From assembly GCA_020846195.1 (NCBI GenBank), contig JADLEJ010000046.1, positions 6,115 to 70,114 on the forward strand: a stretch of 64,000 bases of DNA, read 5' to 3'. The notes under the pieces were generated by a model, which saw nothing but the letters and a program-made list of their open reading frames with translations, had not been told where the DNA came from and ran no database searches. Positions within the stretch are counted from its first letter, which is position 1. Every line of letters begins with the position of its first letter. The DNA is from Nitrospira sp. (GTDB lineage Bacteria > Nitrospirota > Nitrospiria > Nitrospirales > Nitrospiraceae). The translations under genes were made by a program, and so were the position numbers. Shown here piece by piece: positions 61,962-64,000 of the stretch.

Positions 61962-62531
61962 TTACCGGCCGTACAGAGCCGTGAATGACGTCTTCGCCAG
62001 CGCGTTTTGCTTCAGATAATAGCCCACCATCGCCCCTGAGGCCTCTGGCTTGAGCGGAAGCTGATCCACTTTCAAGGCATACAGGGTAAAGATGTAGCGA
62101 TGGGGCTTGTCGCCCTGCGGCGGACACGGGCCGCCGTACCCCGGCTGGCCAAAATCCGTCATGCTTTGAATACTCCCCTGCGGCGCAGAGGGACTGTCCG
62201 GCTTTCCAGACCCGGCAGCCAGCGCATTCACGGTAGGAGGCATGTTGAAGATCACCCAATGCCACCAGCCGCTGCCGGTCGGCGCGTCAGGGTCATAAAC
62301 GGTGAGGGCAAAACTCTTCGTGTCCTTGGGAGCATGCTCCCACTGCAGCGGCGGCGACACATTCTGGCCGGCGCAGCCAAACCCGTTGAACACATGATCG
62401 TTGCCGACCGTGCTGTGATCCTTGATCGTCGGACTCGTCAATGAAAACTCCGCGGCAATACTCGCCAGGGGAAGCGCTAGTATTGACAGAATCACCATGA
62501 GAGATCGCATCGGTCGCTTCTCCTTCAGCAT
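61962..62531 (-). CDS. YbhB/YbcL-family (PEBP / Raf-kinase-inhibitor-like) periplasmic protein
   Basis: Signal peptide. ALTVYDPDAPTGSGWWHWVIFN and GYGGPCPPQGDKPHRYIFTLYAL. Confidence 0.85.
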   Translation of the reverse strand: MLKEKRPMRSLMVILSILALPLASIAAEFSLTSPTIKDHSTVGNDHVFNGFGCAGQNVSPPLQWEHAPKDTKSFALTVYDPDAPTGSGWWHWVIFNMPPTVNALAAGSGKPDSPSAPQGSIQSMTDFGQPGYGGPCPPQGDKPHRYIFTLYALKVDQLPLKPEASGAMVGYYLKQNALAKTSFTALYGR

Positions 62532-62535
62532 CCTG

Positions 62536-63903
62536 TTAGTTTCCCGCCACCATCAACTCGCTTAACTTAAGACTTGGACTCGCGATCCGGCTGCGAAACA
62601 CCAGGTCGCTCCCCACCATCTCAATGTCGGTAAACATCTGCTTCAGATTGCCGGCAATCGTGATTTCCTCGACAGGGTACGCAAGCTCCCCGTTCTCAAT
62701 CCAGAATCCGCTGGCGCCACGGGAATAATCCCCGGTTACCATATTGATCCCGAATCCGATCAGCTCGGTCACATACAGCCCATCCTTGACCGATCCAACC
62801 ATCTCCTGCACGGTCTTCGTGCCGGGTGCCAGATAGAAATTCGTGGGGCCGACCGATGGACTCTCCCCCACGCTCCGCGAGGCATTGCCCGTCGACGGCA
62901 GCCCCAACTTCTTGCCCGAATAGGAGTCCAGCAGATAGCTCTTCAGCACCCCACGCTCGACGATGGTGTTTTTTCGCGTCGCCAAGCCCTCACCATCAAA
63001 GGGCCGCGACCCGAGTCCGCCATCCATACGGCCATCGTCATAGACGGTCAGGTGTTCCGATGCGATGCGGTTGCCGAGTTGGTCGAGTAAAAACGACGCC
63101 CGTTTGTAGAGCGCGTAGCCTGAAATGGCGCTGCACAGATTCCCAAGAAGGCTCGCAGCCATGTCCTGATCGAAAACCACCGGCACGCGTTTCGTGGAGA
63201 CCTTGCGCGCGCCGAGACGGCGCAAGGTGCGCCGCGCCGCTTCCTGGCCGATCGACTCGGGGGACGACATGCGGCTGAACTTGCGCTGCACTTCATACCA
63301 CGCATCCCGCTGCATTCCGCCGGTGGCGGTATCCGTGGCAATCGGAGAGACAGACATGGAAAAACTCGTGCTGCGGTACTCGCCGACAAACCCATGGCTG
63401 TTCGCAAGCACGACCCGGCCCGACGACGAATCGAAATCGCTCCCTTCAGAATTCGTCAAGCGAGGGTCTGCCGACAACGCCGCCGACTCCGCCCGCTTCG
63501 CCAGGTCGATCTGCTGATCGGTCCCAAGCTTGGTGCTGTCATACAGATCCAGGTCGGGCCAGCTGGCCGCCATCTGCGACGCCTCGGGCAGCCCCGACAC
63601 GTCATCGGGCACCACCGCCTTTGCCAGCGTACAGGTCTCATCGACCAGCCGGTGCAATGAATCGATCGAAAAATCGGAGGTCGAGGTTGTCGCCGACCGC
63701 TTCCCGACAAACACCCGCAAACCCAATCGCTTTTCACGAGCCTTGCTCAAGCGATCCACCGCGCCAACCCGCACTTGCACCGAGAAGGTTTCTCCGTCAG
63801 CCACCACGATGTCCGCTTCGGTCGCGCCGCACTGCTTCGCGCGAGCCAGAACATCGGACGCCAGCTGCGCATACCCGTTGGTCTGTTCAGGCAAATTGCT
63901 CAT
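62536..63903 (-). CDS. pmbA: TldD/PmbA-family metalloprotease PmbA
   Basis: 455 aa. ...GNASR...PTNFYLAPG...[11 protein letters not shown], the typical PmbA C-terminus. ATGA overlap with upstream tldD. Confidence 0.85.
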   Translation of the reverse strand: MSNLPEQTNGYAQLASDVLARAKQCGATEADIVVADGETFSVQVRVGAVDRLSKAREKRLGLRVFVGKRSATTSTSDFSIDSLHRLVDETCTLAKAVVPDDVSGLPEASQMAASWPDLDLYDSTKLGTDQQIDLAKRAESAALSADPRLTNSEGSDFDSSSGRVVLANSHGFVGEYRSTSFSMSVSPIATDTATGGMQRDAWYEVQRKFSRMSSPESIGQEAARRTLRRLGARKVSTKRVPVVFDQDMAASLLGNLCSAISGYALYKRASFLLDQLGNRIASEHLTVYDDGRMDGGLGSRPFDGEGLATRKNTIVERGVLKSYLLDSYSGKKLGLPSTGNASRSVGESPSVGPTNFYLAPGTKTVQEMVGSVKDGLYVTELIGFGINMVTGDYSRGASGFWIENGELAYPVEEITIAGNLKQMFTDIEMVGSDLVFRSRIASPSLKLSELMVAGN

Positions 63904-64000
63904 GATCGCTGGGTCCCGCCGACGGTGATTTCATCGATTTTCAAGGTCGGCAATCCCACCCCGACCGGCACGGACTGGCCGTCCTTGCCGCAGGTGCCGA
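63900..64000 (-). CDS. tldD: TldD-family protease, C-terminal 33 codons only (5' part beyond the right window edge)
   Basis: My own minus-strand translation gives ...[32 protein letters not shown], with the stop at 63900-63902. Not in the ORF track. Confidence 0.7.
   Translation of the reverse strand, partial: GTCGKDGQSVPVGVGLPTLKIDEITVGGTQRS

Noticed and set aside
1-64000. tRNA, rRNA or tmRNA genes
   Set aside because: I scanned the intergenic regions for T-loop-like GGTTCGAAT/GTTCRANYC motifs with cloverleaf context and found none. All long non-coding stretches are accounted for by repeats or promoter regions. A tRNAscan-SE/Infernal run would confirm this.

Overview
GC-rich chromosomal window from a diderm bacterium (LptD, TolC-family OMP, LolB-like lipoprotein and TatC are present). 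My guess of a Nitrospira-like lineage is inference only. Most of the window is densely packed housekeeping: radA, recN, tsaB/rimI, folC, accD, the moaCDEA operon, trxA, bcp, hpnD/E and pmbA/tldD. Six things stand out. (1) An HD-helicase cas3 runs off the left edge and is missing from the ORF track. (2) A response regulator is translationally coupled to an RND efflux operon. (3) A four-gene signalling locus at 24.0-32.3 kb is led by a 1384-aa protein that I parse as REC-PAS-HisKA-degenerate HATPase-PilZ-PilZ-LuxD-like fold-SAM methyltransferase. It is followed by a GAF histidine kinase, a sigma-54 activator, a candidate sigma-54 promoter with repeated TACGTA decamers, and a REC-HD-GYP phosphodiesterase. 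This is my top candidate for an undescribed system. (4) An exported protein carries the copper-ligand pattern of PHM/DBH monooxygenases. (5) An AT-richer accessory island at about 42.5-49.0 kb is punctuated by a structured ~106-bp palindromic repeat family. (6) A separate 125-bp inverted-repeat element sits exactly against the stop codons of minus-strand genes. I found no rRNA, tRNA or CRISPR array. All calls come from reading the sequence and translations by eye, with no database searches.
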